Below the pieces are notes generated by a model. That model was not told the origin of the DNA, did not search any database, and saw nothing but the letters and a program-made list of their open reading frames with translations. A stretch of 64,000 bases of DNA from an uncultured delta proteobacterium (GTDB lineage: Bacteria; Desulfobacterota; Binatia; JACPRU01). The stretch covers positions 32,001 through 96,000 of the forward strand of contig CAVUWD010000008.1 in assembly GCA_963745025.1 (NCBI GenBank). Direction: 5' to 3'. Shown here piece after piece: positions 55,669 to 64,000 of this stretch; within the stretch, counting starts at the first letter, position 1; the number at the start of each line of letters is the position of its first letter. Made by a program: the position numbers and the translations under genes.

Positions 55669-55917
55669 GTGCAAAACAAGATTGCCTTGCTCATCCCGGC
55701 CGGATTGCTCCTTGTCGGCCTGTACGTGCTCGGCACGTCGTTCGTAGCCGGGGAGTCGATGACGCTCTTTGGGATCCACGAGCTGCCCACGCGGTTTGGG
55801 TACATACTCGGCGCGCTCGGGGTTTTTGGTGGGGGGGTGGTGCTCGTCGAGATGGTCGTGGGGGGGCGCGCGAAGCGCACGCAAACGAATAGTTCCCGCC
55901 CATCGCCGGTGTCGTAG
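55669..55917 (+). CDS. Small two-TM hypothetical protein
   Basis: GGGAGG RBS, GTG start, two hydrophobic helices. Confidence 0.55.
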   Translation: MQNKIALLIPAGLLLVGLYVLGTSFVAGESMTLFGIHELPTRFGYILGALGVFGGGVVLVEMVVGGRAKRTQTNSSRPSPVS

Positions 55918-56064
55918 AGCGCGCGTGCGACGCAAAGCACGTCGCGACCAGGCCGCCTTGGCGAACGTCCATCGCCTCGGAAGGCGGTCACGGCAGTAAA
56001 TGCGGGCTCCACTTCCGTGTAACCGCTGGCGGAAGCTGGTGCCGGAAGGTGCGCGAAGCTTGAC

Positions 56065-57462
56065 GTGAAACTCACGATCATCAGCCAGGCGTGCCTGCTC
56101 GTCGAGTCCGGCCGCGGTGACCGCCTCATCATCGATCCCTGGATTCTCGGGTCGTGCTACTGGCGGTCGTGGTGGCTGTTTCCTCCGCCGCGCGCTGACC
56201 TGGTCCATCCGGAGACAATCACGGCCGTCTACTACACGCACGAGCATCCAGACCATTTCCACTTCCCGTCGCTGCGGCGGTTTCCCCAGTCGGTCCGCAT
56301 CCTGGTTCCGCGCTTTCCGGCTCCCCGCATGGCCACGCAGCTCCGCGAGCGCGGTTACCTCCGGGTCGAAGAAGTCTCCCACGGCGGGAGCGCGAAGATT
56401 GGCGCGCTCGAGCTCTTCTCCTATCAGAGCGGAGCCGACGACTCTGCCGTAGCGGTGACGGACGGCACGGCCACCGTGCTGAACATGAACGACGCCAAGC
56501 CGGGTGAGCTGGCGCTGCGTCAGATCCGACGCCGCCACCCCCGCGTCGATTTTCTCCTGCGTAGCCACGCCCCCGCTCAATCCTATCCGTTCTGCTACAC
56601 CGCCACCGACGAGCGGGCGCTGAAGCTCCTGCCGCTCAGCTACTACACCGACAGCTTCGCTTCGCTTGCCCAGCTGGTGGGGCCGCGTTGGGCGATTCCG
56701 TTTGCCAGTAACGTCTGCCACCTCCATCCCGAAAGCATCGATCAGAACCGCTACCTGATCTCGCCCGACGATGTACTCGATGCCTGTCGCGACAAGGTTG
56801 GGGAGGTCGAGATCGTACCGATGTCGCCCGGCGATTCGTGGGAGAGTGGCGCGGGGTTCGTGCTGGCGCCGAGGCTGTCGCGGGACGAGCGGGCGCAGCG
56901 CCTGCAGGCGCTGCATGAAGAGAAGATGGAGACGCTAGGGCGCGCCGCCGCCGAAGAGCGCGCAACGCCGGCTCTCCAGTTCGAAGTATTCCGCGACTAC
57001 TTCGAGCGCTTCGCCGCCGCTGTGCCCTGGCCTCTGCGCCGTGCGTTCGCGAGCCGCGTAGCCTTCGTCACGCCCGCGGAGGAATTCTTCGTCGTGGACC
57101 TCGGATCGCGGCGCGTCTACCGCACCGCCTCGCTGCCGGCGGACGTGCATTCGGTGGTGCGCATCAATTTCCACATGCTCCGCGACGCGATCGACAAGTC
57201 TGGGGTCAGCCTGGTCGGCATCAGCAAGCGCGCGCGCATCCACGTTCCCGGCGAAGGGCTCACGCGCGATGCAGCGTTTTGGGGCCTGTTGACCTTCTAT
57301 GAGCTCAGCTACTTCCCGCTGCGCAACCTGTGGAATGCCCGCGCGCTCGCCGGCCTGGCGCGGCGATGGCGCGAGATCGTTAGCGCCGCGCCGATCCTGA
57401 TGGGCCCGCGCAACGCCCTCGAGCGAGTCATCGAGCTGAAGCAGCCCCGCGGCACCCCCTGA
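56065..57462 (+). CDS. Metallo-beta-lactamase-fold protein (UlaG/CMP-Neu5Ac hydroxylase-like)
   Basis: DPWILGS.Y..SWW, THEHPDH, DS, LNMNDA, AIPFAS. Confidence 0.85.
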   Translation: MKLTIISQACLLVESGRGDRLIIDPWILGSCYWRSWWLFPPPRADLVHPETITAVYYTHEHPDHFHFPSLRRFPQSVRILVPRFPAPRMATQLRERGYLRVEEVSHGGSAKIGALELFSYQSGADDSAVAVTDGTATVLNMNDAKPGELALRQIRRRHPRVDFLLRSHAPAQSYPFCYTATDERALKLLPLSYYTDSFASLAQLVGPRWAIPFASNVCHLHPESIDQNRYLISPDDVLDACRDKVGEVEIVPMSPGDSWESGAGFVLAPRLSRDERAQRLQALHEEKMETLGRAAAEERATPALQFEVFRDYFERFAAAVPWPLRRAFASRVAFVTPAEEFFVVDLGSRRVYRTASLPADVHSVVRINFHMLRDAIDKSGVSLVGISKRARIHVPGEGLTRDAAFWGLLTFYELSYFPLRNLWNARALAGLARRWREIVSAAPILMGPRNALERVIELKQPRGTP

Positions 57463-57799
57463 GCTCGGCCGGGCGCTGTCCTTGGGCACCTCGTGGATCA
57501 ACAGGTCAAGGAAAAATGGACGATTTCCATCGCCTCTTGGCCTGGGTCATCGCCGACTCCGTCTTCTGGGCCGTCCTGGTTGGAGTCTGCCTGTGGTGCC
57601 TGGAGTGAAAACTTACCCGATCCGCCCGCGGCCGAGAGAGCTGGCCCCCGGCGCTCCACCGGAAGACGCGCTCGAATAGGTCCTACCCGCCTGTGGGGTC
57701 GGCGACGTGGGCCCAAGGCGCGCTCTCCGCGACGCGCTGTGGGATCGGAGGCCGATCACGATGACGAGATCCACTTCCCGAAGGTAAGGCTCAGCGTCG

Positions 57800-58010
57800 G
57801 ACGAGTCGGATCCCTGGCGGGAACGTTCGCGCGCCGAGGCCGAAACCGCGGGCTTCACATACGGGGACTTGATTCCGGAGTTTCGCGAGCTATCGCTGCG
57901 GCGTATGACCTCGATGCTGATTCCGAAGGGCTCGGCCAGCACCGGCCACTACAGCGATGCCGGACACCAGTGGGTCGCCGACCGCCTTCACGAGCGTCTG
58001 CTCGACTTAC
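57800..58010 (+). pseudogene. Possible SGNH hydrolase C-terminal fragment
   Basis: DL.PEFR...GHYSDAGHQWVADRL resembles SGNH block V. Confidence 0.45.
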
Positions 58011-58220
58011 CCGAGCTTCGCGACCACCTTGCTCACCTGGGTCGGTGACGGCGGCTTGCCTCTCCGATCACGGGCAATCTTCGCGCAGCCCGAGTTCGAA
58101 GGCATTCTCGCACTGGCTTTTTGCCTCCTGATCGCATCGGCGCTCTTTCTCCTGCCGAAATGATTCAAGGCACGCCCCGCGCGCGCGCCTGTAGGCGGCG
58201 CGCGGGAGCCTTTCAGCAAA

Positions 58221-58597
58221 TCAGGAGCATCTCGCGCCCGCGAGTGAGACGTCTTCAACTGCGATGTGGCCACCTGCAGGGTCGGTCGCATAGTGACCCA
58301 AATAGATGCCGTTCACGTGCGCTCCTGGTTCAACGATTCCTTCGGCTGGATCCCGAACAAACTGCCTGTCAGCCGCACCGTGCCGACACTCTTGCCGTCG
58401 TCGCTCTTGGCATTGGTCAAATCGAAATAACGAGTGCCGGTAGACTCTTGCGTGAGACAACCTTGGAATCCGTGCACGCGTCCGTCCTGCAGCGACCCTA
58501 CCTCGGCGTTTCCGGCGAACGCGGGGGCGGCTACAATGAAGATGAATGCACCGGCGGCCACCGGTAGTGCGGAAAGACTAATTCGTCGAACTTTCAT
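58221..58597 (-). CDS. Small secreted hypothetical protein, probable frameshift near 58320
   Basis: AGGAG RBS, signal peptide APAFA, GCLTQ motif. Confidence 0.5.
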
Positions 58598-59041
58598 TTG
58601 GGTCTCCTTCTCTTCTAAGGGGACCCGCGCGGAAGCCGCTCACGAAAGAGCTCGACGATGCGCATCGACTCGCTCCGCCGAACATCGGTCCGCACGGAGC
58701 CCAGTCCTTGTTGTCGAGACGAATCGTGAGGCGTGTGTATTCACGTGACCGGCGCACGGGCATCGGATACCGCGTAATCACGTCGATCATCGACCGGTAG
58801 ATCGCCGTGCCCGACGTTCGCTCTTAGTGCACAACTGCAGCCACCTTTACCATGGCCCGACGGACGGGCATTAGAGAACCTGAATTGCACAGTTGGGGGG
58901 TCGAATCGAGATCTGTTGCTGCATCGAGAGGACGCAAGGCGTTCTCGAGTCGCCCGACGCATCGTCGACGGTCGGCTTCGTGTTGACGCACGCCGGCTAC
59001 CGCCCCGCGGGGGTGGACCTATTCGACCCAGACCTTCGTCC

Positions 59042-60499
59042 GTGGAGCCTGGCATAGCGCCGCATCTCGATCGCTACCGCGTCGCGATCCTGCTGCTCGC
59101 GCTGGCGCTGGCGCCGCTCACCACGCTCCGCCTCTACGGCTCCGACGAGATCCAGTACTTCGCCTACCTGCGCTCTATGGTCTTCGATCGCGATCTCGAC
59201 TTCACCAACGAGTACCGCTGGTTCGTGGATCGCGACCCGAAGGAGTACGCGGATTTTGCGATGACGTTTCTCGGCCCCAAGACTCCCGCGGGCCGGCCGC
59301 CGAACAACGGCCCGATCGGCTCGGCGGTGCTCTGGTCGCCTTTCTATCTCGCGACGGTCGGTGCCGAATGGTTGCTCGGCGCGGCCAGCACGCCACCCGG
59401 CTACTCGCGCGCCGACTTCTCGGCCGTTTGTCTCGCCTCGATGCTCTACGGCGCCCTCGGTCTGCTGCTCACCCAGGAGGCCTGCCGCAGCTTTGCGAGT
59501 GCGCGTTCGGCGTTCTTCGCCACGGTGCTCATCTGGCTCGGAACGAACCTGCTTTTCTACATGTACGTGACGCCGCCGATGTCACACGCGGCCTCCTTCT
59601 TCGCCGCGGCGCTGCTTCTCTGGGCGTGGCTGCGGTCGAAGGAGAGCCCACGCGCCGGTTTCGTGATTGGGCTCCTCGCGGGGCTCGTCGCCAGCGTGCG
59701 CTTGCAGGATGTGCTGCTCGTTCTCGCGCCGCTTGCCGCGCCGCTCTTTTCCGGCAAGCGGGACGACCGCGCGCGCCTCGCTCGCCTGGCCGTTTGGGGA
59801 GCGGCGATCGGCGGCGGCTTCGCGCTCGCCTTCCTGCCACAGATCTGCACCTGGGAGGTGCTGAATGGCTCACTGACTCCGTTCGGCGTGATCTCAGTGA
59901 AGGGGCGTTTCACGCTCATCCCCTACCATCTTCCAGGCGTGCTCTTTTCGCCCTTTCACGGACTCTTCCTCTGGTCGCCGATCTTGTTGCCTGCTCTCGC
60001 CGGCCTCGGGACACTCGCCGTGAGCGACCCTCGCGGCAAGGCGATGGCGCTCGCCGTCGCCGCCGAGGTCTCCTTGATCTCGGGCTACGTTGTGGCCTTT
60101 GGCCACGGCTTCGGGCAGCGCCTCTTCATCAGCTCGCTGCCGATCGCGACGGTCGGGCTCGCCGTGTTCGCCGATCGCTTCGCGCCGCGCCTACCGCGGG
60201 CTGCGCCCGTTGCAGGAGCCCTGGCCGCGGTGTGGTGGAATCTCTCCCTCGTCGTGCAGCATTCGACCGGGATGATCCCGCGGAACGAAGGCGTCAGCCT
60301 CCAAACCCTCGTTCAAAACCAATTCATCGGCGTACCCGAGCGCCTCCCCGGCGTTGTCGGCCGCTACCTATTTGACCGAAGCTCGCTCTACCACGTCGAC
60401 CCGGAGCGCCCGCGCAGCGGCGACCCGCCTTCGTGGGCGCCGGGTGATTCGACCGCACGATCCAGGCGCGAGCATTCACCCGAAAATTCGGACCGGTAG
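59042..60499 (+). CDS. Multi-pass membrane glycosyltransferase (GT-C/PMT-like)
   Basis: SDEIQYFAYLRS..FD.DLDF.NE, G.A.LWSPF, MSHA.S, LFSP.HGLFLWSP, FGQR. Confidence 0.75.
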   Translation: MEPGIAPHLDRYRVAILLLALALAPLTTLRLYGSDEIQYFAYLRSMVFDRDLDFTNEYRWFVDRDPKEYADFAMTFLGPKTPAGRPPNNGPIGSAVLWSPFYLATVGAEWLLGAASTPPGYSRADFSAVCLASMLYGALGLLLTQEACRSFASARSAFFATVLIWLGTNLLFYMYVTPPMSHAASFFAAALLLWAWLRSKESPRAGFVIGLLAGLVASVRLQDVLLVLAPLAAPLFSGKRDDRARLARLAVWGAAIGGGFALAFLPQICTWEVLNGSLTPFGVISVKGRFTLIPYHLPGVLFSPFHGLFLWSPILLPALAGLGTLAVSDPRGKAMALAVAAEVSLISGYVVAFGHGFGQRLFISSLPIATVGLAVFADRFAPRLPRAAPVAGALAAVWWNLSLVVQHSTGMIPRNEGVSLQTLVQNQFIGVPERLPGVVGRYLFDRSSLYHVDPERPRSGDPPSWAPGDSTARSRREHSPENSDR

Positions 60500-60888
60500 G
60501 AACGCGCAACGTCTCCGCCTGAGCGTGCCACGGGGTTTATCTTCGCCGAAATGCGGAAACTGCTCGGCAGGCGTGGCGAGACCGTCGAGCGCTATTGAAT
60601 CACCCTCCTCCTGGGAGCCGAGGATCGTTCCGTCGCCGGGCGCGCCGTGAACACGTTCAGCGCGAGTTTTTTTGGCAAAGGATAGCGGCATAAAGGCCGG
60701 AAGGCTTTCGCCCGAAATGAGGTCGGCCATCGAACTGGGCATGGCCGACGCTTTAGCGAGTTTACAAACCTCCAGAAGCGCATCGACGCCAAGGAAGTGA
60801 CCGCCGGCGAACTGTTACCTTTCACCGCTAGCTGCACCCTTTCTTCGCGGATGACAAAAGTCCCATGCTGGTTGAACTATTGAGCCGA

Positions 60889-61140
60889 TCACAGGCCTGA
60901 CAGTCGGGAACCGCCTGCGGTGGATTTCTGCTTTAGCTGAAGCAGTAGCAGCCGAAGCTCATGAAGCCCGCGAAGAACGCGAAGCAGATCGAGAGATTCT
61001 GCGCGCCGGCCATCAGCGGCTGTTGCCAATTCCGTCGACGAAGCCGGACCGTCGGTAGAAGATTGGACTTCGCCACCCATGATCGTGTCCGTACGCTCTG
61101 GCTCGGGGACGGGTGGGTCCAGAAGGTTGGGGTCGCTCAT
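60889..61140 (-). CDS. Hypothetical protein downstream of second AlpA
   Basis: MSDPNLL... low-complexity ORF ending in a Leu-rich helix, directly after the AlpA stop. Confidence 0.35.
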   Translation of the reverse strand: MSDPNLLDPPVPEPERTDTIMGGEVQSSTDGPASSTELATAADGRRAESLDLLRVLRGLHELRLLLLQLKQKSTAGGSRLSGL

Positions 61141-61148
61141 GAGTAGTC

Positions 61149-61454
61149 TCACACGGCTGTGCGCGTGCGGAGCCAGGCCTCTATCTCGTCGGCAATCCAG
61201 CCGACGGCCCTGGCGGACAGCTGTCGCCGCCGAGGAAACTGGTTCGCTTGCTCCAGCCGCCAGATGGTGCTCCGCGACAAGCCGGTCATCGCGCGTACGT
61301 CGGGAAAGCGAATCGACCGCGTCGCCGACGTCAGCGGCGTGCTCGATGGCGGCTCTTCGCTTCCTCGGCGAGACCCAAGCTCGTCGAGACCCTTCGCGGG
61401 GCTCACGCCGCTTGCGCTGTCGCAATCATGAGGGCGTTTCTCTTGGCCGCGCAC
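61149..61454 (-). CDS. alpA: AlpA family regulator/excisionase (second copy); start uncertain
   Basis: IRFPDVRAMTGLSRSTIWRLE...FP..RQL..RAVGW...EI.AW. Confidence 0.88.
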   Translation of the reverse strand: MRGQEKRPHDCDSASGVSPAKGLDELGSRRGSEEPPSSTPLTSATRSIRFPDVRAMTGLSRSTIWRLEQANQFPRRRQLSARAVGWIADEIEAWLRTRTAV

Positions 61455-61627
61455 AACACAAATATGTCATGCGGCCGCTTCTCAGGCGATTCGGGGAGGG
61501 CCTGACGGACGGTAATGTCGCCCAGCGATAGAGGCACAAATCAGAATTATTCGCTGGACAGCAGGTAGCCTGGGAGTTACGATCGGCTCCGGGACTAACG
61601 CCAAAGCACCGCGCCCTGGCACGTCTA

Positions 61628-63211
61628 ATGCAACGGAAGTCAAAATCTGAATCCAGGAAGACTGTGGCGAGCTTCGACCAAGCCTCCAAGCGACGGTATT
61701 TCGATGGCCTCGTTGAGATTCTACGTGAAGAGTCGGAACAGTCCCTTGAACAGCTCGGTATCCTCTACCGCGTCTTTGCCATCACGTCGTCAGATGCAGA
61801 GGTGCGGCAACGCGCCCTCACGACAATCTCCCTGCAGCGACGATCACGACGCCAGGCGAGGATTCCGTCCTTCGCGTCCAGAATCCTGCAGCTCTCCTTC
61901 GCCAAGGATGCGCTGACGGTTGCGCGCGAGAGCCGCACGGCGGAGAAACATCGCCGCGTCGAACGTCTCGAGCGCCGGCTTCGTCTCAGTCCCGAAGAGC
62001 TTTCCCTCTTATGGAAGTGGATCCGTTGGGAGGACACGATCCTCAAAACGATCAAGCACGATCTTCGCGTTTCTCTGCGGCGTATCCCCTACAAGCTCTT
62101 TCGGCAGGCGGAAGAGACCGGCTTTCCGGTCTTGGCGTTCTATCTCAGCGGAACACGAGTTGGCTTGGCGGCCGTGGGCATTCCGCGAGGCCCAGCGGCC
62201 GAACGACAGAACCCGATGCTCGTAGCACTGGGTGCGAGCGCCGCCGCGGCGTGGGCAACGCTGAGCGTGCTGCCCGTCTCCGAGGTCCGCGACCTGCCGG
62301 CTCAGATCCTCTCCGAGGGGATCGTGCAGGACGTTCGGCTTTTCGGGGCGTCGGTCAAAGAGATGGTGGCTCTACGCGAGCGCTATCTCTGCTACCTCGC
62401 CGAGGACAACAAGGTGCTGATCCAACAGTCATCGGTACCAGCGTCGCCGCCACGAAAAAGGGGAAGCGTCGACGATCAGCGCTCCACGGCTTACTCCCCA
62501 CTCTCGGCCCTTTGGAATAGGGACCGATCGCTGGCAGGCGCGAAGCCTCTCGACACCGGTACGGTCAAACGACCGACCGCTCGCGTGAACGTCGTCGTCC
62601 GTACTCTAGTCGATCTCGCGAACGAGCAGCTGGTGCCGAACAATCCGGGTGGTGAAAGTCCAGCTGCCCAACCCACGGATGAAGTCCGGCAAGCCTGGCA
62701 CGAGAGACTTTGCGAACTCTCCCCCTATGCACGCGAGATTCGGTACGGGAGTTACTCCCTGCGCGATCTTCAGCGCGAGATTCGAGACATTCTCACGAAC
62801 CTTGCGGCCAAAGACTCTTGGGCGTCGTCCAAGGAGTACGCCGCCCTGGCGACTGTTCAGAAGTGGAGAGAGCCGGGGCTGGAGCCGTTCGCCATCGGAA
62901 GCTCCGGGGTCGGCATTCTCCCGTTGTCCGGGTCGCTTCACTGGGAGTGGGATTCCAACGGCGTATTCGAGGAGAGTTTCGCTCCGTGGGATCCCCGAAG
63001 TTGTGTCGTCCTCGCGCTGCGAGAAGCGTTAGGGTCTTCCGACGATAACGCACGGATACTGAAATGTCCCGTTTGCGGAAAATTCTTCGTGCCGAATCGC
63101 CGACAGCGCTATTGCGTACAAAATGGTCGGTGCAAATCGAAGGCGACCGAATTCCTGAGAGATCGTGAGAAGCACAAGAAGCAAAGACGAGATCGTTACT
63201 GGGCGGCTTGA
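61628..63211 (+). CDS. 527-aa hypothetical protein with C-terminal CGNR-like zinc finger
   Basis: RILKCPVCGKFFVPNRRQRYC....C plus basic tail; long uninterrupted ORF divergent from AlpA. Confidence 0.65.
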   Translation: MQRKSKSESRKTVASFDQASKRRYFDGLVEILREESEQSLEQLGILYRVFAITSSDAEVRQRALTTISLQRRSRRQARIPSFASRILQLSFAKDALTVARESRTAEKHRRVERLERRLRLSPEELSLLWKWIRWEDTILKTIKHDLRVSLRRIPYKLFRQAEETGFPVLAFYLSGTRVGLAAVGIPRGPAAERQNPMLVALGASAAAAWATLSVLPVSEVRDLPAQILSEGIVQDVRLFGASVKEMVALRERYLCYLAEDNKVLIQQSSVPASPPRKRGSVDDQRSTAYSPLSALWNRDRSLAGAKPLDTGTVKRPTARVNVVVRTLVDLANEQLVPNNPGGESPAAQPTDEVRQAWHERLCELSPYAREIRYGSYSLRDLQREIRDILTNLAAKDSWASSKEYAALATVQKWREPGLEPFAIGSSGVGILPLSGSLHWEWDSNGVFEESFAPWDPRSCVVLALREALGSSDDNARILKCPVCGKFFVPNRRQRYCVQNGRCKSKATEFLRDREKHKKQRRDRYWAA

Positions 63212-63412
63212 GTCACCGACTCTCCTCGCTGGAAACGCAAACGGCGACGCTACGAGAAAGGTACGGCGAGGCGTTCGAGACCTGGTAGTTGGTGCCGACC
63301 AAGCGCCATCCCCATCCACCTCCCGGATCCGCATCGAGGTCAACCAACCGCCTCGCTCCTCCGTCTCAACATCATAAAGCTCACACAAGGGTTCGAACAG
63401 GAGGAGAAGGCA

Positions 63413-63912
63413 ATGACTCGAAGGGTGTAGTTTCGCTGGTCGGCGTCGTCTCGATCGTCCCCGTGGCGGCGATGCACGGCGCGGCGTCCGCACACGGCAG
63501 GGGACGTCATCGAGGCGGCGGAGACGGAGATCTCTGGCTGCTCGCGCACGCCGCGGGTTTGAGTAGGAGCCAGATCGCCACGGCGTTCAAGAACGATTCG
63601 ACTCTCAAGACCGACCGCTCCAACCTGCGGAGCGTGCGCGAGGCCCTGACGACTTGCTTGGTCTCGGGAAGCTCGTGCGCAAGCCAGATTTCAGCCTATG
63701 CGAGCGCACACCAGGCACTCGCTCAGGAGGAGATGACGGTATGGGGAACCCTCTTCCAGGGCGCTCCCAACGCAAAGCAGGCGGCTACGGTTCTCAACCA
63801 GCTGAGGCAACTGCAAGCGCAGCGAAAGCAGATCTTCCAGCAGGTTTTCGACTCGACCAGCAGCCCGACGTCGGATGGCAGCACCGCGACGTCTGGTGAC
63901 GGTAGCTCGTAG
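63413..63912 (+). CDS. Periplasmic helical protein (Spy/CpxP-like), frameshift just after the start
   Basis: AGGAG RBS; signal peptide, His/Gly-rich linker, GLS..Q, helical Gln-rich body. Confidence 0.5.
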
Positions 63913-64000
63913 ACGGAGCTCGCCTTTTCCTATCGCGAAAGGAGAAAAGCAATGTCACGTTCCCTAGTTCTCCTCTGGGCGCTTACCGCACTGACGGCCG

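Noticed and set aside
60530-60570. Tn3-like inverted repeat starting GGGGTTT
   Set aside because: No matching partner repeat and no transposase

Overview
High-GC bacterial window with no core housekeeping genes, rRNA, complete tRNA or CRISPR array; it reads as a mosaic of nested or tandem genomic islands. Cargo: ABC permeases (RbbA/YhhJ-like), USP, glgX, malQ, cytochrome c, patatin, FAD monooxygenase, GH15, MarR plus a ClC antiporter, PPK2, a complete N-type (probably Na+) ATPase operon, phosphoketolase, a CusCBA-like RND pump, a CPA2 antiporter, a NarL-type two-component system, an MBL hydrolase and a membrane glycosyltransferase. The most interesting part is 10.7-19.9 kb. It holds a P4-type tyrosine integrase beside an attP-like tRNA-Thr(CGU) 3' half with arm repeats on both sides, AlpA, and a large serine recombinase (LSR) with a symmetric 52-bp att-like site. 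It also holds a hairpin-punctuated phage-like cassette (51-aa TM peptide, Cys-rich Gp88/DUF7227-like protein, internally deleted radC) and a second LSR remnant split by a ~650-bp inversion that would rejoin in frame. Further att remnants lie at 19.7 kb and 49.5 kb, and a second AlpA module at 61 kb. Many conserved genes carry single-base frameshifts, more likely read/assembly errors than real decay. All calls come from reading the sequence and motif recognition; no searches were run.
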